A stretch of 58,438 nt of DNA, taken from a virus. The notes beneath the pieces are model-generated. The model searched no databases. It worked only from the letters and a program-made list of their open reading frames with translations, and had not been told where the DNA came from. The position numbers and the translations under genes are program-made. The DNA lies in the IMG/VR virus record IMGVR_UViG_3300045988_075769, positions 1 to 58,438 of that record, one strand, 5' to 3'. The stretch's first letter is position 1. Every line of letters begins with the position of its first letter. Below are positions 39,917-47,839 of this stretch, in pieces.

Positions 39917-40263
39917 GCAGGAAGTTTTGCAACTTCCCTTAAAGGAATAGCTTGCACGCGGGGTTTTGTCATTTTACTCGCGTGCGTGTCAACAAGCATA
40001 TTCCTCCTTTCACCGGTGGAGGTTTTCTCACTCTTTCACCTTCACCGGGCTTTATATGTTGCGTTTCCAATTGTTTGGGGAATGCCAGTCTGTCTCCCCC
40101 ACGGCTGGCAAGCAACGGTTCGATTCCGTTACGCAGCACAACCAACTACCTAGCTTTGCATGGACTTATTCTCCAAAACCTCCACCGCTATTCCCGGCTC
40201 TCAATGTAATGTTTAGGCATGACATTGCAAAGAGCAGCGGTTAACCAATCAAGCCGGGTTTTT
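39917..40263 (+). ncRNA. Structured non-coding transcript candidate (leader of the tRNA cluster)
   Basis: Hairpins lie at 39920-39937 (7 bp) and 39943-40005 (three-segment stem, 17 bp). A long-range complement pairs CGGTGGAGG (40014-40022) with CCTCCACCG (40179-40187). A closing stem CCCGGCT/AGCCGGG is followed by TTTTT at 40193-40263. Confidence 0.4.
40058..40138 (+). tRNA. tRNA-like element with an oversized anticodon loop (possible pseudo-tRNA)
   Basis: 7-bp acceptor stem GTTGCGT/ACGCAGC and a perfect T-arm AACGG-TTCGATT-CCGTT. The D-arm is TTCC/GGAA. The GCCAG/CTGGC stem encloses a 16-nt loop instead of the usual 7. Confidence 0.35.
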
Positions 40264-40265
40264 AT

Positions 40266-40343
40266 GCTACATTAGCTTAGTATGGTTAGAGCACTCGGCT
40301 CATATCCGAGCATACATTGGTTCAAATCCATTATGTAGCACCA
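40266..40343 (+). tRNA. tRNA with CAT anticodon (Met, or Ile2 after lysidine modification), CCA encoded
   Basis: Folded by hand: acceptor GCTACAT/ATGTAGC, D-stem GCTT/GAGC, anticodon arm CTCGG-CTCATAT-CCGAG, T-arm ATTGG-TTCAAAT-CCATT, then ACCA. G1-C72 argues against an initiator tRNA. Confidence 0.85.
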
Positions 40344-40512
40344 AAATTGCAGCTTACCCGTTTTACGTCTGTCCGACAACTGAATGTAAAGGCTGCAATG
40401 GTTTTCTTCGGGCGAAGAATAGCACGGCTGGAAGTGCGAACAGTTTCCCAGTAGCTTCTGACAGGTCTGTGCTCAACAGCCTGTTTCCAGAAATTTAAAG
40501 AAAGGAGCACAG

Positions 40513-40701
40513 ATGGTAGCAAAAGTCAGATGCAAGCGTCCTCGGAAAGACGCAAACGGCAATCCGTGTGATTGCGGACGTTATCTTGGCGAAGTGGAAG
40601 GTAAGTTCTCCCTTCTGTGTCCTCTTTGCCATTGGATTACAATTGGAGATTCCAACCTTCCAAAAGATACATGGGTCTCCGTACCGAAGTTTAAGAACTG
40701 A
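40513..40701 (+). CDS. Small zinc-ribbon protein (Com-like pattern)
   Basis: RBS AAAGGAGC. VRCKRPRKDANGNPCDCGRYLGEVEGKFSLLCPLCHW. Confidence 0.45.
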   Translation: MVAKVRCKRPRKDANGNPCDCGRYLGEVEGKFSLLCPLCHWITIGDSNLPKDTWVSVPKFKN

Positions 40702-40724
40702 ATAGCTTTTGAAGCGCAGTTGTA

Positions 40725-40775
40725 AGCGCAGTGAGATAGACCTTAACAGGTTTGTCTTGCTGCGCTTTTTATTTT
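40725..40775 (+). terminator. Rho-independent terminator just upstream of the portal gene
   Basis: AGCGCAG(40725-40731) pairs with CTGCGCT(40760-40766), followed by TTTTTATTTT. Confidence 0.65.
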
Positions 40776-40793
40776 GCCGGAAAGGAGGAACAC

Positions 40794-42320
40794 ATGGCTG
40801 AGTACCAGATGGTCGTTGGCGGCTTTTTGAATAATCCGCTGACCGGACGCAGACCGATTGAAACGCCGGAGACGGAAATCAATCGGGGAAATGTGCTGAA
40901 AGTGGTCATGGGCAAGGCAGAGCCTATTCATCTGCTAAACAAGAACGAAATCCGTTTCCTGCACAACTACTACTTGGGCAGTCAGCCCGTCCTCCTTCGC
41001 ACGAAGGAATACCACGCTGAAATCACGAACCGCATTGTAGAAAACCACGCCAACGAGTGCGTGGGCTTCTACACAGGTTATATGAGCGGCACGCCGTGCT
41101 CTTATGTGCGGTCTGAAACGGCAACTGGTGACGGTGAGGAAATCGCCCGCCTGTCCAACGCCTTGCAGTATGAAGGCAAGGACGCGCTTGATCGGCGGCT
41201 CTGGCAGTGGATGTTGGAGTGTGGACAGGGATACCGCATTGTTCTTCCTGACAAGGGGTATGGCGGCAACTACCCGGACGAAACACCCCTGCTGGTGGAT
41301 GTTCCCGACCCGGATATGGCGTATGTGATTTACAACTCCGGCATCGGACACAAGCCCATCGCCAACGTGCTGCACATCCCACGCAATTATCAGAACGACT
41401 TGAACGACCTGATTTGCGTGTACACGCCAAACCAGTACTTTGAAATCGACAACGGCAAGGTCACAAAATCTGAAAGCCATTCTCTCGGAATGCTGCCGAT
41501 GGTCGAATACAAGCTAAACCCGGAGCGCATGGGTCTGTTTGAACCGGCTATTCCCGTTCTCGATGCCATCAACGACCTAGAAAGCAACCGTCTGGACGGC
41601 GTGGCACAGTTCATCCAGTCCATCATGGTGTTTACGAACTGCCTTGTGGACGAGGATGCGCTCAACAAGGTTAAGGAACTTGGCGCAATGTGTCTGAAGT
41701 CCACCGCTGGTCTGCCCGCATCTGTTTCGCAGATTGCAAACGAGCTTGACCAGCAGCAGAGCCAGACCTTGCTTGATTCCATGTTGAATGTGTATCGCAG
41801 CCTGACTGCCATGCCCAGTGCCACTGGCAGCGAGAATGCAACGTCTGACAACGTGGGCGCAGTTATCGTCCGCAACGGCTGGAATCACACAGAAGCAAGG
41901 GCACAGCAGTACGAGAATATGTTCAAGTTCTCGGAACGCCAAAGCCTGTCTGTGATGCTGAAAATCCTGCGTGACACGGCTGATTCTAAACTGATGGCAA
42001 GCGACATCAACATCAAACTGCCCCGCCGTCAGTACGACAACCAGCAGAGCAAAGTTCAGATTTTTGCACAGATGCTTGGCCAGAGCATTGACCCGCAGTT
42101 GGCGTTCACAACGCCCGGTCTGTTCCCCGACCCGCAGGCTGCTTATGAAATGAGCAAGCCCTTCCTGATTGCCGCTGGCAAGCTGGGCGAGGACGGCAAA
42201 GCTCCGAAACCGCAAATTGAAAAGTCAAAACAGGATGTTCCCGACATAAATGCCGGGAACATGGCAAACAAACAGTCTGCCGATACCAACTCGGAGAACA
42301 GCGATGGAATCAAACAGTGA
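40794..42320 (+). CDS. Portal protein (SPP1 Gp6-like)
   Basis: ATG at 40794 follows AAAGGAGG. 508 aa, in the expected position and size, with the pattern NEIRFLHNYYLGSQP...NRIVENHANE. Confidence 0.8.
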   Translation: MAEYQMVVGGFLNNPLTGRRPIETPETEINRGNVLKVVMGKAEPIHLLNKNEIRFLHNYYLGSQPVLLRTKEYHAEITNRIVENHANECVGFYTGYMSGTPCSYVRSETATGDGEEIARLSNALQYEGKDALDRRLWQWMLECGQGYRIVLPDKGYGGNYPDETPLLVDVPDPDMAYVIYNSGIGHKPIANVLHIPRNYQNDLNDLICVYTPNQYFEIDNGKVTKSESHSLGMLPMVEYKLNPERMGLFEPAIPVLDAINDLESNRLDGVAQFIQSIMVFTNCLVDEDALNKVKELGAMCLKSTAGLPASVSQIANELDQQQSQTLLDSMLNVYRSLTAMPSATGSENATSDNVGAVIVRNGWNHTEARAQQYENMFKFSERQSLSVMLKILRDTADSKLMASDINIKLPRRQYDNQQSKVQIFAQMLGQSIDPQLAFTTPGLFPDPQAAYEMSKPFLIAAGKLGEDGKAPKPQIEKSKQDVPDINAGNMANKQSADTNSENSDGIKQ

Positions 42321-42633
42321 AATCCTTGCAAGGGATTGGGATGACGGTTTTGTCAAGAAGATGCAAAACCGAATCCTTGTCTCTCATTACAAGTATGGCT
42401 GGATGAGCCAAACTTACCCCGAATTGGCACAAGCTGTTAAGGAGATTCAACCACGCATTCAAAAATATCTCGAAACGGGAAATACCGAATGGCTGATTGA
42501 TGTGGCTAATTTTGCAATGATTGAGTATTTACATCCGAGTGTTAAAAATGCTCATTTCGTTGGAACGGATAGTGAAGAATCGCCCGGTCTGACTAGTGGG
42601 ATTAGCTACAAAGAGCTTGTGGACAATATGTAA
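42304..42633 (+). CDS. Hypothetical all-alpha protein (MazG-like pattern, weak)
   Basis: HYKYGW...TGNTEWLIDVANFAMIE. The start overlaps the end of the portal gene. Confidence 0.35.
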   Translation: MESNSEILARDWDDGFVKKMQNRILVSHYKYGWMSQTYPELAQAVKEIQPRIQKYLETGNTEWLIDVANFAMIEYLHPSVKNAHFVGTDSEESPGLTSGISYKELVDNM

Positions 42634-42740
42634 TCATCCCGAACTTTCGGGCTGATATATTCCGGCAGGGAAGCCGGGATACAAATTTCGCAGCGTTGCA
42701 GGGAAGCAACGGTAAAAAAACGCAGGAGGAAATTAACGAT

Positions 42741-43325
42741 ATGAAACTCAATGTGTTGCTTGGTGATGCCTACAAAGAGGGCATGACCGCCGATGAAATC
42801 ATTTCTGCGCTGGAAAAGGTTGCAGACCCTAACGCAGAAGTCGAGAAGCTGCGCAACGCCGTGACAAAAGCCAACGGCGAAGCCGCCGAGTACAAGAAGC
42901 AGCTCAAAGCAAAGCGCACCGATGACGAGAATGCCGCACAGGAACAGGCTGACAAGCTGGCAGAGATGCAGAAGCAGATTGAAGCCCTGACTGCCGACAA
43001 AGAGAACCTCGTCAAGGAAAAGACCCTTGCATCTTACCGTGAGAAGTTCGTTGCACAGGGCTATGACGCTGAACTGGCTGGCAAGGCTGCATCTGCACTG
43101 GCTGACGGCGACATGGATAAGGTGTTTAAGTTCCAGTCGGAGTTTATGACCGCCCATGACACTGCATACAAGGCTTCTCTACTGAAGGATATGCCCACAC
43201 CTCCGGGTGCGGATGGCAATGGTAACAGCGCAGATAGCGCAGGTGTTGCCTTTGCTAAACGCTTCGCACAGGAGCGTGCAGACGCAAACAAGGCATCGAG
43301 TGACGCAATGACTGCTTTCCATTAA
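42741..43325 (+). CDS. Scaffolding protein
   Basis: Alpha-helical and K/E/A-rich, positioned between portal and capsid genes. The ATG is at 42741. Confidence 0.7.
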   Translation: MKLNVLLGDAYKEGMTADEIISALEKVADPNAEVEKLRNAVTKANGEAAEYKKQLKAKRTDDENAAQEQADKLAEMQKQIEALTADKENLVKEKTLASYREKFVAQGYDAELAGKAASALADGDMDKVFKFQSEFMTAHDTAYKASLLKDMPTPPGADGNGNSADSAGVAFAKRFAQERADANKASSDAMTAFH

Positions 43326-43335
43326 GGAGGAAAAC

Positions 43336-43710
43336 ATGAAGTACACCAATACTCCGGTATCGGCTCCTGAAAGCACTATTCTGGCTGCTGATACCTACGT
43401 TGCCATTCCCTTTACCGTCAAGGAAACCAATGCCGTTCCGGCTGGTTATCCCATGGCAAAGACTGGTCTGAAAGCTGCTGCCACTACTGGCACTAGCGCT
43501 GCTGACGCAGCTACCGATGCCATTGGCATTCTGCTGCACACCGTTGACCCTGCCGTCAACCCCAATGGCGCACTGCTGATTCAGGGCGTTATTGATGTGG
43601 ACAAGGCAAAGCTGTCCGGCTTTACCTATTCTGCAAACGATATTGCCGCTCTGAAAAAGGCTGTTCCTGCCGTTTTCTGCCGTACTGATGTTGGCGCAAA
43701 GAGCGAGTAA
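43336..43710 (+). CDS. Head decoration/auxiliary capsid protein candidate
   Basis: 124 aa, A/T/G-rich and beta-rich, directly upstream of the MCP gene. RBS AAGGAGG. Confidence 0.4.
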   Translation: MKYTNTPVSAPESTILAADTYVAIPFTVKETNAVPAGYPMAKTGLKAAATTGTSAADAATDAIGILLHTVDPAVNPNGALLIQGVIDVDKAKLSGFTYSANDIAALKKAVPAVFCRTDVGAKSE

Positions 43711-43723
43711 GGAGGACTAAATT

Positions 43724-44800
43724 ATGGCACTGAATCTGAATGAAATCTTCTCCCCCGCTGCGATTGCCGCCTATTGGACGAATGACCCGACCAATGCGCA
43801 GCCCTATGCTTCTGATGCTCTGTTCCCTGCCCGTAAAAAAGTCAGCATGGAACTGAAGTGGCTGCGTGGTCACAAGGGCGTTGGCGTTTCGCTGAAGCCT
43901 AGCGTGTTTGACACTAAGGCTACGTTCCGTACTCGTCAGGGCATCAAAATGACCGAGACTAGTATGCCGTTCTTCCGTGAGGGCACTCACATTGACGAGG
44001 AAGACCGCCGCAAGATTATCTCTGTCCTGGCTACCAATCAGGAGTTTGCAGCAGATGTTATCAATCGTGTCTACGATGATACCGCACAGCTTATCACTGG
44101 CGCACGCATCGTTCCTGAGCGTATGGTGTGGCAGCTTCTGGCTCCCAAGACTGGCAAGCCCGGAATCTCCATCGAATCCAACGGCGTGAGTTACGTCTAC
44201 GATTACGACCCTGACGGCACTTGGCAGCAGTCCAATTACAAGGCTCTGGCTACCAAGGAGAAGTGGGATGCTCCTACTACTGCAACTCCCATCGCCACGA
44301 TGACCACTGCCGCAAACACCGTGCTGGCAAACACTGGTGAGATTATCACCGATGCCTACATGAACACCAACACTTTCCACAAGATGATTGCTGCGGATGA
44401 AATCAAGAACCGGTTCCTTACGGTTATGAAAACCGCCACCGCCGTTCTTGTCGATTCCGAGGCACGTTCTGTTGTTGAAAGCGCATCTGGCATCCGCATT
44501 CATCTGTACGACAAGATGTACAAGCCGGAGGAAACCGCAGCTGCTGAGAAGTATCTGCCTGATGGCTATGTCGTGCTGGCTCCTTCTGGCTCTCTGGGCA
44601 ATATGTACTATGTTGCCACCCCTGAGGAAGCCGACCTGATGGCTGGCATCTCCAACGCACAGGTTTCTGTTGTGAACACCGGCGTTGCCGTTACAACCGA
44701 ACAGACCGTGCATCCTGTCAACACTAACATTTACGTTTCTGAAATCGTCCTGCCGTCCTTTGAGCGCATGGACGCTGTGTACTGCATCAAGGCTTACTAA
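43724..44800 (+). CDS. Major capsid protein (E-like family)
   Basis: 358 aa. LFPARKKVSMELKWLRGHKG...FDTKATFRTRQG matches the Phage_cap_E pattern. RBS AAGGAGG. Confidence 0.85.
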   Translation: MALNLNEIFSPAAIAAYWTNDPTNAQPYASDALFPARKKVSMELKWLRGHKGVGVSLKPSVFDTKATFRTRQGIKMTETSMPFFREGTHIDEEDRRKIISVLATNQEFAADVINRVYDDTAQLITGARIVPERMVWQLLAPKTGKPGISIESNGVSYVYDYDPDGTWQQSNYKALATKEKWDAPTTATPIATMTTAANTVLANTGEIITDAYMNTNTFHKMIAADEIKNRFLTVMKTATAVLVDSEARSVVESASGIRIHLYDKMYKPEETAAAEKYLPDGYVVLAPSGSLGNMYYVATPEEADLMAGISNAQVSVVNTGVAVTTEQTVHPVNTNIYVSEIVLPSFERMDAVYCIKAY

Positions 44801-44820
44801 GGCGAAAGGAGGAAAGCAGC

Positions 44821-45165
44821 ATGGGAGACCAGTATTCTGAAGCGGCAGTCAAGCTGGGGCAGTACATCGCTCCTGCACTTGACCGTGAAATCACGGACGA
44901 GGACTACCCACTCTTTGACCTGCTGCTTGATTTCGCCAAGGACAAGATATTTGCACAGGGCTACCCCTTCGGCAACAGACCGGACGAGCTGCCTTTGCAG
45001 TATCAGTCGTTGCAGATACGCATTGCAGCGGAACTGTACAACCACATCGGCGCAAACGGACAGACGAGCTATACCAACAACGGTATCACTCGTGTGTGGG
45101 AAAGCTCCGATGTGGCACAATCCCTGCTTAACGAAGTGGTTCCGAGAGTAGGTGTTATCGGCTGA
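44821..45165 (+). CDS. Head-tail connector (gp6-like)
   Basis: Position and size fit. DEDYPLFDLLLDFAKDKI pattern. Confidence 0.6.
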   Translation: MGDQYSEAAVKLGQYIAPALDREITDEDYPLFDLLLDFAKDKIFAQGYPFGNRPDELPLQYQSLQIRIAAELYNHIGANGQTSYTNNGITRVWESSDVAQSLLNEVVPRVGVIG

Positions 45166-45614
45166 TGTTCAATGGAAGCCCGCTGGACAAGCGTCCGCTG
45201 TGGTATTCAAACCCGGTCGGAGAGAAAAAACCTGTTGTGGACGAGTGGGGAAACGAGACTGGCGAATCCGCATACGAATCGTGGAGTGACCCTGCAAAGC
45301 TGATGCTGAACGTCAGCCCGCCTACTGGTTCTGCGGAAGCAAGCCCTTTTGGAGCGTTCACGGATTACAGCTATGTGGTCAGCACGCCAAGAAAGAAACG
45401 GAGAAATTGGTTTCTTATTGGATATTCAAGGCTGGCATCAAGGGACGTTTTGGGTTCTTCCAGTAAACTCAACAATAATTCGCTTTGTGAGGGCAGCCAT
45501 GTCTGGTTTGGGATAAAACCGGACGTTCCTTACAACTACATTGTGGTCAAAGTCGCAGAGCATATCACGGATACGTTGTATGCGCTGAAGGAGGTGGCTG
45601 CAAGTGAAAATTAA
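45165..45614 (+). CDS. Head closure/adaptor protein candidate
   Basis: Called from gene order. The start overlaps the previous stop. Confidence 0.45.
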   Translation: MFNGSPLDKRPLWYSNPVGEKKPVVDEWGNETGESAYESWSDPAKLMLNVSPPTGSAEASPFGAFTDYSYVVSTPRKKRRNWFLIGYSRLASRDVLGSSSKLNNNSLCEGSHVWFGIKPDVPYNYIVVKVAEHITDTLYALKEVAASEN

Positions 45615-46146
45615 AGTGAGGTTGAGCGATGCCGGACTTCGTGATTCGGAACGTCAGATACAGGAGTACAAGACCACCCTGAACAAAAAGGCGCAGGAGT
45701 TTGCAAAGGCGTTGGCTGACAAAGGGCTTGACGTGGCGAAAGTTCGCTTTGCAAATGCAGAATATGCCGGTAGCAACGATGTTTCTTGCCATGTTGAGCA
45801 GAACGGGAACACCTGCACCATCATTGCCGAGGGCAAGGCAGTTGCTTTCATCGAGTTTGGCACTGGCGTTACGCATCAGGGATGGGGCGCTGCCGGAACG
45901 GTCGGCCCGCTCCCTTTGCCTGATAACATTGGTGAGCATGGCACATACGGTAAGGAAAACGGCAAGCATAAGCGCTGGTACTACTACGGCGACCCCGGCA
46001 ATGCCGGAACCTATGTGGATACCGTTCCCGGCAAAGGTCAGTTGAATTACACCAGCGGCAACGATGCAGCTATGGCTATGTGGGGGGCTGTTGAAGAAAT
46101 GGCTTCTCAAGTAGAAGCAACGTGGAGGGAGGTTTGGAATAGTTGA
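45604..46146 (+). CDS. HK97 gp10-like tail/neck protein
   Basis: GTG start follows GGAGGTGG. Contains AVAFIEFGTGV. Confidence 0.55.
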   Translation: MKIKVRLSDAGLRDSERQIQEYKTTLNKKAQEFAKALADKGLDVAKVRFANAEYAGSNDVSCHVEQNGNTCTIIAEGKAVAFIEFGTGVTHQGWGAAGTVGPLPLPDNIGEHGTYGKENGKHKRWYYYGDPGNAGTYVDTVPGKGQLNYTSGNDAAMAMWGAVEEMASQVEATWREVWNS

Positions 46147-46544
46147 TTGATTATTTCAATTCCATCTTCACGGCTGTTGCAACCGAACTTCGGAAACAGG
46201 TTCCCGGCATCTTTGTCACCGGTGAAATCAACGACAGCAACGTCAAGAAGTTTCCGTGTGTGCAGATAGAGGAAAACAGTAATCTTCCGGTTCATCGGGA
46301 TTCTGCCAGTCACAGCAAGTATGCCGCCGTTTCCCTGCGTGTGCGTGTCTATTCCAACAAAACCAGCGGGCGCATTGCAGAAGCACGCTCCATTGTGGAC
46401 ATCGTGGATTCTGTATTAGAACCGCTCAATTTTTATCGAAAATCGTTTGCCCCGTTGAATGGGCTGTACAACAATTCCGTCTATCGGATTGATTGCAGCT
46501 ATGGGGCAACAATCGGAGAGGACGGAATGATTTACCGAAACTAA
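46143..46544 (+). CDS. Tail completion protein candidate
   Basis: Called from gene order. TTG start. Confidence 0.45.
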   Translation: MIDYFNSIFTAVATELRKQVPGIFVTGEINDSNVKKFPCVQIEENSNLPVHRDSASHSKYAAVSLRVRVYSNKTSGRIAEARSIVDIVDSVLEPLNFYRKSFAPLNGLYNNSVYRIDCSYGATIGEDGMIYRN

Positions 46545-46559
46545 GGAGGTAAACATTCT

Positions 46560-46997
46560 ATGAGTACTGCTATCTCCGGTCTGAATACCACCCTTTATTG
46601 TGGCGACAGCGCAACCGCTCTGACGAAGCTGTGCGACATCAAGGATGTGCCCGACCTGATCTCCGACCCAAACCTTCTGGATGCGACCACCTTGTCTGAT
46701 GGTATGCAGAAGCAGATTTTCGGCATTGTTCAGGCTGACACTAAAGCCTTTACCGCCAACTACAACAAGACCGACTACGCCGCCGTCAAGGCTGCTGGTT
46801 ATGACGATACCTCTGAGAGCAACGTGGACAAGTACTACGCCCTGAAGATGCAGGACGGCTCCGGCTTCACTTGGCAGGGTATGCATCAGGTCGGTCTGTC
46901 CGGCTTTGGCGTGGACGAGGTCGTGGAAATGACCATCAATTGCATCTTCCACTCTACCCCGAAGTTCAGCGAGAGCCTGACCATTAATGGCGGCTAA
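46560..46997 (+). CDS. Major tail protein
   Basis: 145 aa. RBS AAGGAGG. Positioned just before the chaperone and TMP genes. Confidence 0.6.
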   Translation: MSTAISGLNTTLYCGDSATALTKLCDIKDVPDLISDPNLLDATTLSDGMQKQIFGIVQADTKAFTANYNKTDYAAVKAAGYDDTSESNVDKYYALKMQDGSGFTWQGMHQVGLSGFGVDEVVEMTINCIFHSTPKFSESLTINGG

Positions 46998-47081
46998 ACC
47001 GCAAAAATCGAATCAATCAAACCGGGCAGAACTGAACAACGGATTTGGTTCTGCTCCTATTTATAAAGGAGAGCATTTATT

Positions 47082-47429
47082 ATGGCTGCAAAGGTTATCA
47101 ACTTTCATTCCCCCGATGGCAAGAACACTTACGAGCTGACCTTCACCCGCGAGAGCGCCGAAGCTACCGAGCGTAACGGCTTCCAGATTTACGAGTTCTC
47201 CAACGGCATCAACCCTATCAAGAACACTTCTGCCCTGTTCTACGGCGCGTTCATTGCCCGCAACAAGGGCATCAGCCGAAAGACGGTCGATGATATGCTT
47301 GTGCACACCGAAAACAAGGAAGGTCTGATAGCCGCCCTGATGGAGATGTACGCAAATTCTATCAAAGCTCTGATTGCTACCGATGAAGAGGACAAGACCG
47401 CAAAAAACGCAACGTGGGAGATTGTGTAA
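47082..47429 (+). CDS. Tail assembly chaperone (G-like)
   Basis: Positioned before the TMP gene, with a slippery site near its 3' end. Confidence 0.7.
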   Translation: MAAKVINFHSPDGKNTYELTFTRESAEATERNGFQIYEFSNGINPIKNTSALFYGAFIARNKGISRKTVDDMLVHTENKEGLIAALMEMYANSIKALIATDEEDKTAKNATWEIV

Positions 47430-47839
47430 CTTCACAGTCTCAAGAACAGAACAGCCGCACAGAGCCATTCTCTGTGTCTAAGCTGTTCCACGATGTAGAA
47501 GCCTATTACATTTCCATTGGCATGACCTATGACCAGTTCTGGCGTGATGACGTCTGGCTGGCAAAGGTCTACCGGGACGCAGAAGAACTTCGCGCTCGCA
47601 GAGCCAATGTTGAAGCGTGGAGAAATGGCTTTTACATGAAATCTGCGCTTTCCTCTACGGTTGGCAATATGTTCCGCAAGAAAGGGTCTAGCTCTATCAA
47701 GTACATGGATAGACCGATTCCGCTCACGCAGAAAGAGCAAGACGAATACGAATACCAACGCGCAATGGAAGCGCAAGAACGCATCAAGAGGGCAATGTTC
47801 TCTATGATGAATCAGAAGGATGGTGGTAGTGATGGCTGA
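47082..47839 (+). CDS. Tail assembly chaperone G-T fusion (via a -1 frameshift at 47402-47408)
   Basis: Conserved siphovirus arrangement. The T part has no independent RBS. Confidence 0.6.
47402..47408 (+). promoter_or_regulatory. -1 programmed frameshift heptamer A_AAA_AAC
   Basis: The zero frame reads gcA AAA AAC, checked by codon phasing. The -1 frame is open from 47408 into ORF 47414-47839. Confidence 0.7.

Noticed and set aside
39896-40244. Three overlapping 85-92-aa + strand ORFs between terL and the tRNA
   Set aside because: They occupy all three frames of the same DNA, lack RBSs, and run through the tRNA-like element and the stems.
39917-40263. tmRNA (standard or permuted) hypothesis for the structured region containing a T-arm
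   Set aside because: Both acceptor strands of the tRNA-like element lie only 73 nt apart, enclosing a tRNA-sized body. There is no alanine-type G3-U70 or resume-codon/tag ORF arrangement that I can identify.
43622-44713. 363-aa minus-strand ORF opposite the major capsid gene
   Set aside because: It is antisense to a high-confidence MCP gene, with no RBS and a His/Arg/Gly/Val-rich composition.
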